Virus record (IMG/VR): IMGVR_UViG_3300021438_000010
Location: 34,622 to 98,621 of that record
DNA: 64,000 nt
Direction: 5' to 3' (one strand)
Source: a virus
This document shows positions 52,515 through 61,744 of this stretch, piece after piece. A program made the position numbers and the translations under genes. Below the pieces are notes generated by a model. The model was not told the DNA's origin and ran no database searches. It was given only the letters and a program-made list of their open reading frames with translations. Position 1 is the first letter of the stretch. Every line of letters starts with the position of its first letter.

Positions 52515-53165
52515 TCAACCTTGAGTTTTTCCTTTTGATAAATTGTCAAAAGACCATAATGGTTGTAAATTAGTATAATGCCAAGCTATTTTTAGCTCTG
52601 TTTCAATATCGGCATCATTGAAATTAAAACTACATAACGGTTTTATATGATCTATATGCCATTGTCCATAATTTTCAAATGACATACCTTCTTGAAATTT
52701 AGATTGTAAATGTTCTTTAAATTTTTCTATTGAACAACCAATATACTCAATGGATGATGATTTTTTTTGTTTTCCTTTTAAGCATCCCCATATCCCTCTT
52801 CTTATATTAGATATTATTTTGTGTTTATTTCTATATTCTTTTTTATATTTATTATACCAATCCTTATGTGATTTTCTATAACTTGATGTTCTTATTAAGA
52901 TATTTTCTTTATTTTTGATATAATATTCTTGTGTTTTTAATTTTATGATATTTTTGTTTTTTTGGGAATAATTTTTGTGGTATTCTTGTATGGAGTTTTT
53001 ATTTTTTTCTCTGTATGATTTTTGTTGTTCTTTATATTTTCCTGTATATTTTTTAGATTTTTGTCTGCAACAATTCTTGCAATTGGATCTAGTGTATTTA
53101 CCATTTTTATTGAACATAGAAATATCTAATTCATAATTACAACATTTACATATTTTAGTTTGCAT
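52515..53165 (-). CDS. HNH endonuclease
   Basis: CKCC zinc finger, K/Y-rich linker, WHIDHIKP...HYTNLQPLW..DNLSKG. Confidence 0.85.
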   Translation of the reverse strand: MQTKICKCCNYELDISMFNKNGKYTRSNCKNCCRQKSKKYTGKYKEQQKSYREKNKNSIQEYHKNYSQKNKNIIKLKTQEYYIKNKENILIRTSSYRKSHKDWYNKYKKEYRNKHKIISNIRRGIWGCLKGKQKKSSSIEYIGCSIEKFKEHLQSKFQEGMSFENYGQWHIDHIKPLCSFNFNDADIETELKIAWHYTNLQPLWSFDNLSKGKTQG

Positions 53166-53230
53166 GATTCCTCCTTATAGTATATATACTTTTATACACT
53201 TTTTAGGAACTCAAATACATTAAACCAAAA

Positions 53231-53479
53231 CTATGATTTGTTGTTATTTTTGTGCCAACTGAATAGACTATTTAACCAAGCTTTCCTTTTGCTACAATTG
53301 CATTCTTGTAAATTGAAAAATTCCTTAAATCGCTCTTCAGTAATTCCTACTGATTTTAATGCCCCTTCAACAACATCGCCCAAACCTACTACATCATTAT
53401 TTACGTGGCTATTAGGATTGACTCCTTGGCTTTCTAATTGTTGTATTACTTGATCCATTTCTTGTTTGATGTCGCTCAT
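53231..53479 (-). CDS. hypothetical protein
   Basis: GLGDVV...CNCSKRKAWLN; GGAG RBS. Confidence 0.6.
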   Translation of the reverse strand: MSDIKQEMDQVIQQLESQGVNPNSHVNNDVVGLGDVVEGALKSVGITEERFKEFFNLQECNCSKRKAWLNSLFSWHKNNNKS

Positions 53480-54247
53480 TTTTTTCTCCCAATTGTGGGT
53501 TTTAATCCCTTTTAGTATTTTTTTCGATGGTTTTCTGTGGGACGTTTTCCATCTTCTATTAGGTTTATACACCCAAAAATAGAGAGAATTAGGGATGTTG
53601 GAGCATATACCTAGAGATGCATTTAATACCATAAAAACATATATATAATATACATACTACAACCCATATACATAAGAGTAATAATAGACTACATACTCCT
53701 ACCCATATTTTTGATTTGAACGTGGATAATTCACATAAATAATAAATTTTCATATATGCCTATTTTTCTAGAGTCTATGGGTACTAGGGTAGAGTATGAG
53801 TAGTGTAGTAGGTAAATAAGAAGACCCGTTAGAGGGTTAGTCCAACGGGCCTTGGGATATATATAGTATGTATATGTATATAGTATATACTACTCTGCTC
53901 TACTGTCTAGAGCATACTCTATGACTGATAAGTATTGATCTAGTTGCCTAGGTGTTAATTCCTTGCCATTAGCAGCAAGGGCGTGCCTATATGCTAGTCT
54001 ATGTTTCTTATCCATCTCTGTGAGTTCTCTCATTTCCCTTAATTGGGTCTTATTTCTTAAAGCTAGTATTTCTTTGAATGTTCTATATCCTTCAGAGTCT
54101 TGGTACTCTTCTTCATATAGTTCACTCATGTGTGTAAAGAATTCTTTCTTAGTGATCATGGGATTTTCTCCATATTAAATTTGGGGCGATTTGCCCCATA
54201 TATCTATAAATAAGTGCGTATATAGGTAAATATTAGAAGAATTTGAT

Positions 54248-54685
54248 CTATTTTGACCTAACGGGTATATTGGCCTTTACTATCTTATGTGGACTGCGAT
54301 ACATATTAGGAATGGTTTCAGACTTTGTTTCTGGTCCCATATATATATACCCAAAGCCGCCATCATTAGCGTGTACGATCAAACCATTAGCGTCGTGATT
54401 CTTAACAGTATATATACCAGCATCAGTCATATACTGCTTATCACCACTTTCTCCTACATAATAATTACCAGATCGTCCAATGACCTTAATGCGATCACCA
54501 TTAGTTAAAGACTTCCAATCTTCAATCTCTTCAAACTTCTTTAGTTTCTTAATCTTTGGGGGCTTCTTACTTTTAGAGTTAGCCCCAATATTAAATTCAG
54601 TGTTACAATGCTTACAGGTATGTGACCTAGCACCATTAATACCATTACAGTTCTTACAAAGTTTTTGTCCACGCTTAACTTTCAT
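54248..54685 (-). CDS. zinc-finger hypothetical protein
   Basis: RGQKLCKNC...CKHC. Confidence 0.6.
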   Translation of the reverse strand: MKVKRGQKLCKNCNGINGARSHTCKHCNTEFNIGANSKSKKPPKIKKLKKFEEIEDWKSLTNGDRIKVIGRSGNYYVGESGDKQYMTDAGIYTVKNHDANGLIVHANDGGFGYIYMGPETKSETIPNMYRSPHKIVKANIPVRSK

Positions 54686-54696
54686 TTTTGTCTCCT

Positions 54697-54865
54697 TCAC
54701 TGACTATAGCTACTTTGGCGATCTTAAAGAATTGAGTGATACACGCTAGTATACATCGTCTGTCAGCGGTTGTCAACTTTAAAAATGTTTCTAGGAATAT
54801 ACTCATGGTATATTTATAAGCATCAAAGTAAAGTCTCACTGACTATGGCTACTCTGGCGATCTTA
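54697..54865. repeat. 30-bp direct repeat pair (54697-54726, 54836-54865) flanking a promoter
   Basis: TCACTGACTAT(A/G)GCTACT(T/C)TGGCGATCTTA, 28/30 identical; TTGACA-17-TATACT at 54748-54776 between them. Confidence 0.85.
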
Positions 54866-55303
54866 TTAATTAAGGTGATACAATGGTCAGGTTGCCGGTG
54901 TCGCCATTAAAGTGTGTGAAATAACTCTGGCTAATATACTTACCTTCAATACCATCTACCATTCGCTTGCTATATACATTGACACGCCAGCGATTATCGT
55001 ATACATTCATACTCTTACAGAAGATATAGTCTGAGGGCTTCTCTACATGATTAAAAATAACATCGCAAGGCGTAATGCCATAATGATCAACCTTCTTCAC
55101 TGGAACATCATCAATCATCTTATTAACCTTTGCCATAAATGCCTCCTAAAAGTAAATGTCGCTGACTGTATTGCAATATGTTGAACCGTTTATATGGGGA
55201 AGTACAACCCCATTTGTGCAACTTATATAAACGCTATATATTATTCATTTTGTGCATCTTACCAAAGACACACTACCCCATTGTACCATATCGACACACT
55301 CGA

Positions 55304-55435
55304 CGCAAGTACTTGAGGAATAAGGACTTACGTTCACTCACCATTAGACTTGACGTAAGTACTTGAAAATAAAAGACTTATAGATTGCGGCCCCGGCCCC
55401 GCCCATCGTAAACCCTTGCTGCTAAAGGACTTACG
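55304..55435. repeat. double-dyad element A (three 29-bp dyads at 55304, 55354, 55407)
   Basis: Consensus CGTAAGTCCTT-N7-AAGGACTTACG; GCGGCCCCGGCCCCG linker. Confidence 0.85.
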
Positions 55436-55778
55436 ACGAGTCAGGAATTTTTAGAGAGAATCGAAATAGGCTTTCGCCTTCTTCATCTCACCTTGAATAC
55501 CTTGGTGAACAGGCGTATCTCTATTTACCTTTTCATATTCTTCAATGATAGGTGGCTCGTAGTCGCACGTTCTAAATCCTGCATTTTCTTCTAGGTAGTC
55601 CATATCGACTTCACCCAAAAGTTCGTGGAGTTCGTCAGGGTCTTTTGCCTCAACTACAAAAGAGGCTTTCTTTGCCTCGACATAGTTCATCGTTACTTTA
55701 TACTTTGGCATAATATTACCTTTCTATTTAGCGAGAGCGGGGAAGGGGGTTTCCCCCCAACCCCAACCCTCCCACTAA

Positions 55779-56984
55779 CTAAGCGGTCAGAGCGAAAACC
55801 TTTTCGTAATCCTTATCTGTAAAGGTATCAGCACGACGCAGGATCGTAGCCCAGCGGTCTGCGGAAGTGTTCAGCAGACTGCCAGCGATCTCGTCAAACT
55901 TCACCCAAGTCTTATTATCAAACACCTGTCCCGCACGGGTCAGACCGTTGATAATACCGAACAGGTTACGCTCACCAGATTCCAAAGTAACATATTGATC
56001 AAGAAACTCGCTAGCCTCACGCTTGGTCAGTTTATAATCCGACGATACCGCAGCCACGATACCCTTGATGCTAGCCTTGCCAGTATCCATCGCACGGGTA
56101 GCGAGGAAAGTCTTGATACCGGGAGCAAGCAAAGGAATCTGATGCTGGATATTCTTGGCGATTTCCAGTTTCAGAACGTCAAGGTCGATATTGCCACGGT
56201 GAACGCGACGAATCTTCTCACCAGCAGTCTGACCCCAGATGCACCCGTTCATGCAGATGGCACGAAACAGGCTAGGAGTCTGGCTAATCCGGCGAGTACC
56301 AATCTCGCAGTTACCAACGCTAATCATTCCACCGTAGTCGCTATCATCAGCACCGTAGTCCATGATAGTATCGGGGATAAGGATATTACCATAGATAGTA
56401 TCCTCATCGCCACGCCAGTGACTGAAACGACCACCGGGAACAAACTCCGCGAGGGTTTCCAGATACCAACGATTATCAACAGGAGCATACTTGTCGGTCA
56501 CGAACGCACGGCAAGTACCATCAGTGTAGGTACGAAGTCGGAACGTCTTATCACCGTCGATTCGACGCAGAGCATTGTTACCAACGATAGCCATAGTGTT
56601 AGCATCGTGAGTATCAAAGCCTTCAATATTACGCATCTCACGCAGGAACGACGAGGAAGTAACTTCCGTTCGCACACTGAACTGCTCAATAGCATGATCG
56701 GTAGGACGAAACTTGCGACCGTCGCCCAACTTGATAAAGAAATCGTTGTCCTCGCTCACGCAAGAAATGTTCTTAGCCTCAACGAGAATATCCTCACGAT
56801 TCTGAACAGCGATCTGAGCATCTTCCATGACCTGTTCGTAGGTCTTGGTCTTAGCCCACCAATCCTTATGAACGTGCGTACCCTTCTCAAAACCAGTGCC
56901 AGTAGCACCCTCAAGGGTGCGAACAAAGTCACCTTCGCTCTTGTTACTCTTGATCGTCAACTTGTTATAGTCAGTCATTATCAT
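55779..56984 (-). CDS. DUF932-like protein
   Basis: RAFVTDKYAPVDN, ISVGNCEIG, FRAICMNG, RRVHRG; promoter at 57016-57043. Confidence 0.7.
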   Translation of the reverse strand: MIMTDYNKLTIKSNKSEGDFVRTLEGATGTGFEKGTHVHKDWWAKTKTYEQVMEDAQIAVQNREDILVEAKNISCVSEDNDFFIKLGDGRKFRPTDHAIEQFSVRTEVTSSSFLREMRNIEGFDTHDANTMAIVGNNALRRIDGDKTFRLRTYTDGTCRAFVTDKYAPVDNRWYLETLAEFVPGGRFSHWRGDEDTIYGNILIPDTIMDYGADDSDYGGMISVGNCEIGTRRISQTPSLFRAICMNGCIWGQTAGEKIRRVHRGNIDLDVLKLEIAKNIQHQIPLLAPGIKTFLATRAMDTGKASIKGIVAAVSSDYKLTKREASEFLDQYVTLESGERNLFGIINGLTRAGQVFDNKTWVKFDEIAGSLLNTSADRWATILRRADTFTDKDYEKVFALTA

Positions 56985-57276
56985 TCTCCTAAGTAGTGGG
57001 TTATCAACTCTTCGTATTATACAGGATCACTCGTCGTTGTCAAGGTCTGGCGGAAACATTTCATCGAAACATTCCCCACAAGTGCCTGACAATAGAAGTT
57101 CACGTTCGTTTGCGGAAAGGTAGGGCAATGCGCTCTGAATAGGGAGCGAACCACTCAACCAATCGTACATATCACTCTTATTGAGCGTCAAAACAAACTG
57201 ACGCCCACAGTGCTTGCAGAAAGCATCGCACAAAGTATCGTAAACCGCAGCAACCATAACTGTCTCCTTTTCAACC

Positions 57277-57304
57277 ATCATACCCTATATATCGGGCATG
57301 TCAA
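57277..57304 (-). promoter_or_regulatory. sigma70-like promoter downstream of element B
   Basis: TTGACA-16-TATGAT. Confidence 0.8.
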
Positions 57305-57332
57305 GGGGTCAGCATTAGTTTTTTCTTTTTGT

Positions 57333-57414
57333 TCTAAATCCTTGTGGCGTAAGGACTTATGGCAAGCGGCCCCGGCCCCGTTCGTCCTAAACCCTTATGG
57401 GGCAAGGACTTGCG
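57333..57414. repeat. double-dyad element B (dyads at 57333, 57386)
   Basis: TCTAAATCCTT-GTGGCGT-AAGGACTTATG / 24-bp GC linker / CCTAAACCCTT-ATGGGGC-AAGGACTTGCG. Confidence 0.88.
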
Positions 57415-57965
57415 GCTTGGCCTCTCTTACCTCTACAATCTCCCACGATTCCATATGCTCAGTATTTTCATCTGGGTAGTATGGCAAATATGGTAAGAGT
57501 CTAGCACATTTTGCTTCAGCGTCTTTTTTATCTTTACAGTTACGCATAACAATATGTACTGTAATATAGTGATACATATTATGCCCTCTGGTAGTAGTTA
57601 TCGAACACTTCTTGCCACGTTGGAAAATCGTAGTGAGCATCGCCTTCGTTTACACACTCTCCCGTGAGATTATTGTAAACATCATAGAAAGCAACATTCC
57701 TAGTATCCATGTCACGCACAGAATCATAACACGCATACACATCATACTGTACATCGTCCATAACATAGGTGGCTACTCTTTCGTTCATATCATTTCTCCT
57801 TATAAGTTGTATACTTTGCCTCTGAAATGTCGGGGGAATATTCATTACGACATAACGTCTAGAATGATTCCTGTTTACTGATCTTGACTAAGCATACTCC
57901 AAACAAATATTAGTATCATGATTTCTATCAAGCGATCTCCCTATAGTGATGAAACAATATCACAG

Positions 57966-58041
57966 TAGGGCGTGTAGGAGTCGAACCTACCTATGAATAC
58001 CTTATAAGAGTATCGGATGCTACCGGCTTACCTTACGCCCC
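57966..58041 (-). tRNA. tRNA-Ile(TAT)
   Basis: GGGGCGT/ACGCCCT acceptor, ATACT-CTTATAA-GGTAT anticodon arm, GTTCGACTC; atypical D-arm; promoter at 58063-58091. Confidence 0.8.
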
Positions 58042-58481
58042 ATGAAGCGAGTGATGCACAGCATTGTACCATGCACCACTCGCATCGTCAAGGGAGAATC
58101 ACCGATAGCACTTCGTTTCCAACATCTTATCGCAGAGCAGCGTTCGCACAGTGTTATCCATAGCACGAACAACGGCGTACTTGCCATTCGGACCAGTACC
58201 AACACGCTCAATACGTCCAGTGTGGAACTTCAGCACGTTCTTAGTACCGTGCAGAGGATACTTACACTTGATATGACGATCCTTACGAAGACTAGCAAAG
58301 TTATTCATTATCATCTCCCTTAGTTAGAAAAAACCATCGACTCAACATCAGCGAGGGTCAACACAACCTTCGCACCATTCTTTTCAAACGTCACACCATC
58401 ACGACTAATACGCACAACCTTGCCCGCATCAGTCTCATCGCCCAATCCAAGAATCTTCATTGTTACCTCGTTGTTAGAACA

Positions 58482-58841
58482 TCACCACCAACTATCATAC
58501 ACCACGGTCAGACCACTGTCAAGTGCCTCTCGGGCTTTTTGGATAAACTCCAAATCTTGCCGACCATATTCAATATCGCTGTTACTACCAAAAAAGAATC
58601 CAACCGTATCTGGCAACGTACCATTAGTAACAGCCGCTTCCAGATTGTTCAGATCCTCATGGGTAAGTTCCACCGGAATACAGTTGAACTCATGCGGATG
58701 ATCTTCGTGAGCATCGGGCCTTCCCTTACTAACCCACAAATCTTCCATCCAACCTTGAAGATTAGGATGCTTACGCCAGTAGGCAAGTTCTTCCTTCTCT
58801 CCATTGTTGTCGATAGCAAATGCGAACTGATCCAAACCCAT
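58482..58841 (-). CDS. conserved phage hypothetical protein
   Basis: MGLDQ...YWRKH...GFFFG...YDSWW. Confidence 0.65.
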   Translation of the reverse strand: MGLDQFAFAIDNNGEKEELAYWRKHPNLQGWMEDLWVSKGRPDAHEDHPHEFNCIPVELTHEDLNNLEAAVTNGTLPDTVGFFFGSNSDIEYGRQDLEFIQKAREALDSGLTVVYDSWW

Positions 58842-59275
58842 TGTAATCTCCTAGTTAGTGGAAAATGATATACCTATACTGGTCTAACGTCCAGTTGCGT
58901 TTTTGACTTCCACCGCCTATAAGGTATATCGGTATTCTACACGACGTTCTTTAGAAAATCAAGCCGTCGCCGTTGCGACTTCGGCCTCGACCTTCTTGGC
59001 CTTGGGAGGCTTGGGAGCCTTCACTTTGGCCGGTTCCTTGATACCAGCAACCCTAGCCCGCCAGACCTTGAAACCCTGCTCCTTGAGCGTTTCGCTCTTG
59101 ACAGGATGAACAGCGGCGATATTGCCGATGCCATCAACAGACGCGAGGAGCGTATCACGAACAGCCTGCGGCTCAATACCAACCGGCGAATCCGTCACAA
59201 TATCAACAACAAACGTAAACTTCTGCATAATAATCTCCATTTTCAAGTTAGTGTTATCAACCCGTTACTCTAATC

Positions 59276-59303
59276 ATTATACATGTATTATCGGCCCTGT
59301 CAA
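59276..59303 (-). promoter_or_regulatory. sigma70-like promoter downstream of element C
   Basis: TTGACA-16-TATAAT with GCCGATA in the spacer. Confidence 0.85.
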
Positions 59304-59332
59304 GCGGATTCTTGAAAAAAATTTTTATTGGT

Positions 59333-59414
59333 CATAAGTCGTTGTGGGGTAAGGACTTACGACGAGCGGGGCCAGCCCCGTTGGTCCTAAATCCTTGTGG
59401 GATAAGGACTTAGA
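59333..59414. repeat. double-dyad element C (dyads at 59333, 59386)
   Basis: CATAAGTCGTT-GTGGGGT-AAGGACTTACG / GCGGGGCCAGCCCCG linker / CCTAAATCCTT-GTGGGAT-AAGGACTTAGA. Confidence 0.88.
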
Positions 59415-59415
59415 T

Positions 59416-59787
59416 TCAACAGAGATATCCTTCACACCCCAGTTCAGTAAGATCATGGAGAAGCCTTTTGGCAGACTCGTTGTCTCCCATCTTGAGAGTG
59501 TTCTTACAACCACCCTTGAGCCAACGTCCAGAATCGTCGTATTGACCAACGAGAACGTCAGTCCAATTCTTCGCATCCCTCAAATCCATACCAGTAGCCG
59601 CACGTATGACCTTAATACATTTAATACGATTATTCGTGTCCATACCATGAGTAATGGTAACAGAACAACGATTGTCCACACCAAGAGCCTTCTCAAAGGC
59701 AACAGCGATCTTCTCATACATATTAAGATCACAACCATTGCTCACCAGATTGAGAGCCTCGCGGACAGTGAAATCAACCTTAATCAT
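59416..59787 (-). CDS. protein with ribosomal L7/L12 C-terminal-like domain
   Basis: NRIKCIKVIRAATGMDLRDAKNWTD resembles KI.VIK.VR..TGLGLKEAK..V. Confidence 0.65.
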   Translation of the reverse strand: MIKVDFTVREALNLVSNGCDLNMYEKIAVAFEKALGVDNRCSVTITHGMDTNNRIKCIKVIRAATGMDLRDAKNWTDVLVGQYDDSGRWLKGGCKNTLKMGDNESAKRLLHDLTELGCEGYLC

Positions 59788-59963
59788 TTTATTTCCTTTA
59801 AGAGTTTTTGTAGACCAGTTCAACGTATTTATTAATCAGTTCACTTACTGATATTTCATGCAATCCAATCAACTCTTTAGCCTTATCTACGTTATGCTTA
59901 TTTACAGCGGCCATTCTATTCTTGAAAAAACTAAGAAGATAAATTATAGCCTTTTCACGTTCT

Positions 59964-60110
59964 TCAGTCATCCCTAATACTTTCTTCTAAAAGAGAAATA
60001 GCCGTTTCTAAAAACAAATCATAATCGGCCAAGCCAATAAACTCATCATCAATAGTATTGTCCCAACTAATAATAAAGTCACGGATTCTATTTTTTAGTT
60101 CGTCAGTCAT
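59964..60110 (-). CDS. 48-aa protein, paralog of 46695..46844
   Basis: MTDELKNRIRDFIISWDNTIDDEFIGLADYDLFLETAISLLEES. Confidence 0.65.
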   Translation of the reverse strand: MTDELKNRIRDFIISWDNTIDDEFIGLADYDLFLETAISLLEESIRDD

Positions 60111-60407
60111 ACTTAGGATAATCCTTTGGGTAATCACTTTCTGGTCGTTGCGGTTTAGGTTGTCCCTCATATGGCATCCACCACGGGGCATCCATACGAT
60201 CTACTATACCGGGACTTTCTTCACAAATCAAGATATGTTCGCTCACCGGATCATCACGATGAATCTCATACCGCCCTTGCCACACGCCAATGTATTCGCC
60301 AAAGTAATAAACCTTTTGACCATTGATAGGGCGACGAGGACCGAAGAAACTAATCCATTCCATGTTCTCATTATACCTTATAATATTATCAAGTCAAGTA
60401 TTAAAAA

Positions 60408-60715
60408 CCAGCGGAATCTTTTACGCCCCGATTCCTATAACCCATACGATTGTCCCTTGTCAGGATCGGATGGAAACCGCCCACGGAAACCTCCCTAGAA
60501 TCGGCATTGCTAGCACATAGACCGATTCATCTGGCTCTTAGTGACGGTTACTGGTTGTATGGCTCATGGTGAGGATGCAATCCCCCATAGATTGGTATCA
60601 CTATACAGCATATAACCTTGCTGTCAACCCCGGCGATGATGTACGTCTTCGCTGAACGGGAGGTTTATCGTGATAGGTTATCCAATCTAGTCCCTCTGCA
60701 TGGACCCACGGATGT
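60408..60715 (-). ncRNA. candidate structured non-coding RNA
   Basis: No credible ORF, elevated GC, several complementary segments, directly downstream of promoter 60736-60763. Confidence 0.45.
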
Positions 60716-60791
60716 TTGTTTTGTATTACTCCCTTATTGTACACTCTATTATCGTCCTGTCAACCCCTAATCCTTAAAAAATATTTTTCTT

Positions 60792-60873
60792 CGTAAGTTG
60801 TTTGGTGGTAAGGGTTTAGAGCTAGCGGGGCGGGGGATATCCTCCCTAAGTTGTTATTTTCAAAGGATTTAGG
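60792..60873. repeat. double-dyad element D (dyads at 60792, 60845; linker inverted)
   Basis: CGTAAGTTGTT-TGGTGGT-AAGGGTTTAGA / GCGGGGCGGGGG linker / CCTAAGTTGTT-ATTTTCA-AAGGATTTAGG. Confidence 0.82.
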
Positions 60874-61252
60874 ATACCTTGCCTACATTCATCATAGAAT
60901 ACCCCCTTGGGAGTAAGGTATAGAGTATCAAATGCAAAACCGTCTATATTTCTTCCTGTATTAGTATGCCAGTAAGGGAGTTTCCTAGGGTCATATATTA
61001 GGTGGGTACACCAAGAGGGAATCTCTCCCTTGAAGTTATGAATCACACCCTTGCACTTTACCCACGAACAAACATCCTTATTAGCTCCCATATAAATCTT
61101 GTCTGCCACATTACGGTTATTGTGGAGAACACAGTTGTGGAGACTAAAAATACCCTCACTAGGATGAACGTACCACACTTCCTTGGTTTTAGTATCTTTG
61201 AACTGCCAGTGTTTGTAGTGCTTACCTTCTTGAAGATGATAGCGTACCTTGA

Positions 61253-61744
61253 TCATGCTTCTTCCTCCATCATCTCAAAGAACTCGTCCATACCATACTC
61301 ATTCCACAATGCTACAGGAATGATATCACGCTTATCGTCAATACTACCATATTCAATATAGTTGTCAATACCATTATCCCAAATACCACAATAGGCCATT
61401 CCCGGCTCAAAGTATGTAGCACGTACATTATAATCCAACTCTACCAGTTTTTCGTATAACTGAATAGGAGGCGACCATGCGGTATTGAATGATACCACAA
61501 CCTTACCATCTTCAATCTTAGCAGGATCGCAGTATTCGTCCCTGCCAAAGTCCCACTTGGTTCCCCAGTTATTGCAACACCAGTTATACCAACGCGGATT
61601 TGGTCCATCGTCTTCATAATATCCTTCTGGAACTGGCAAGTAATGCTCACACGTATTACCTGAGTTATATGCGTCAACAAACTCTTGCAACTTAGCAGGA
61701 TCGCTATGGGAAATATACAGATTATTCATGCACCAGTTAGGCAT
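61253..61744 (-). CDS. DUF1281/Api92-like ferredoxin-fold protein
   Basis: MPNWC.N, WYNW..NWGTKWD, FNTAWSPP, YFEPG. Confidence 0.75.
   Translation of the reverse strand: MPNWCMNNLYISHSDPAKLQEFVDAYNSGNTCEHYLPVPEGYYEDDGPNPRWYNWCCNNWGTKWDFGRDEYCDPAKIEDGKVVVSFNTAWSPPIQLYEKLVELDYNVRATYFEPGMAYCGIWDNGIDNYIEYGSIDDKRDIIPVALWNEYGMDEFFEMMEEEA

Noticed and set aside
54697-54865. Mini-CRISPR interpretation of the 30-bp direct repeat
   Set aside because: Only two copies; the 109-bp interval is too long and contains a promoter
55995-56996. 333-aa plus-strand ORF
   Set aside because: Antisense shadow of the DUF932-like gene
59325-59576. 83-aa minus-strand ORF spanning element C
   Set aside because: Alternative frame overlapping the L7/L12-like gene and the repeat; no RBS
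60414-60430. GGGGCGTAAAAGATTC resembling the tmRNA 5' end (second or permuted tmRNA)
   Set aside because: No matching T-arm/acceptor 3' half and no tag ORF found
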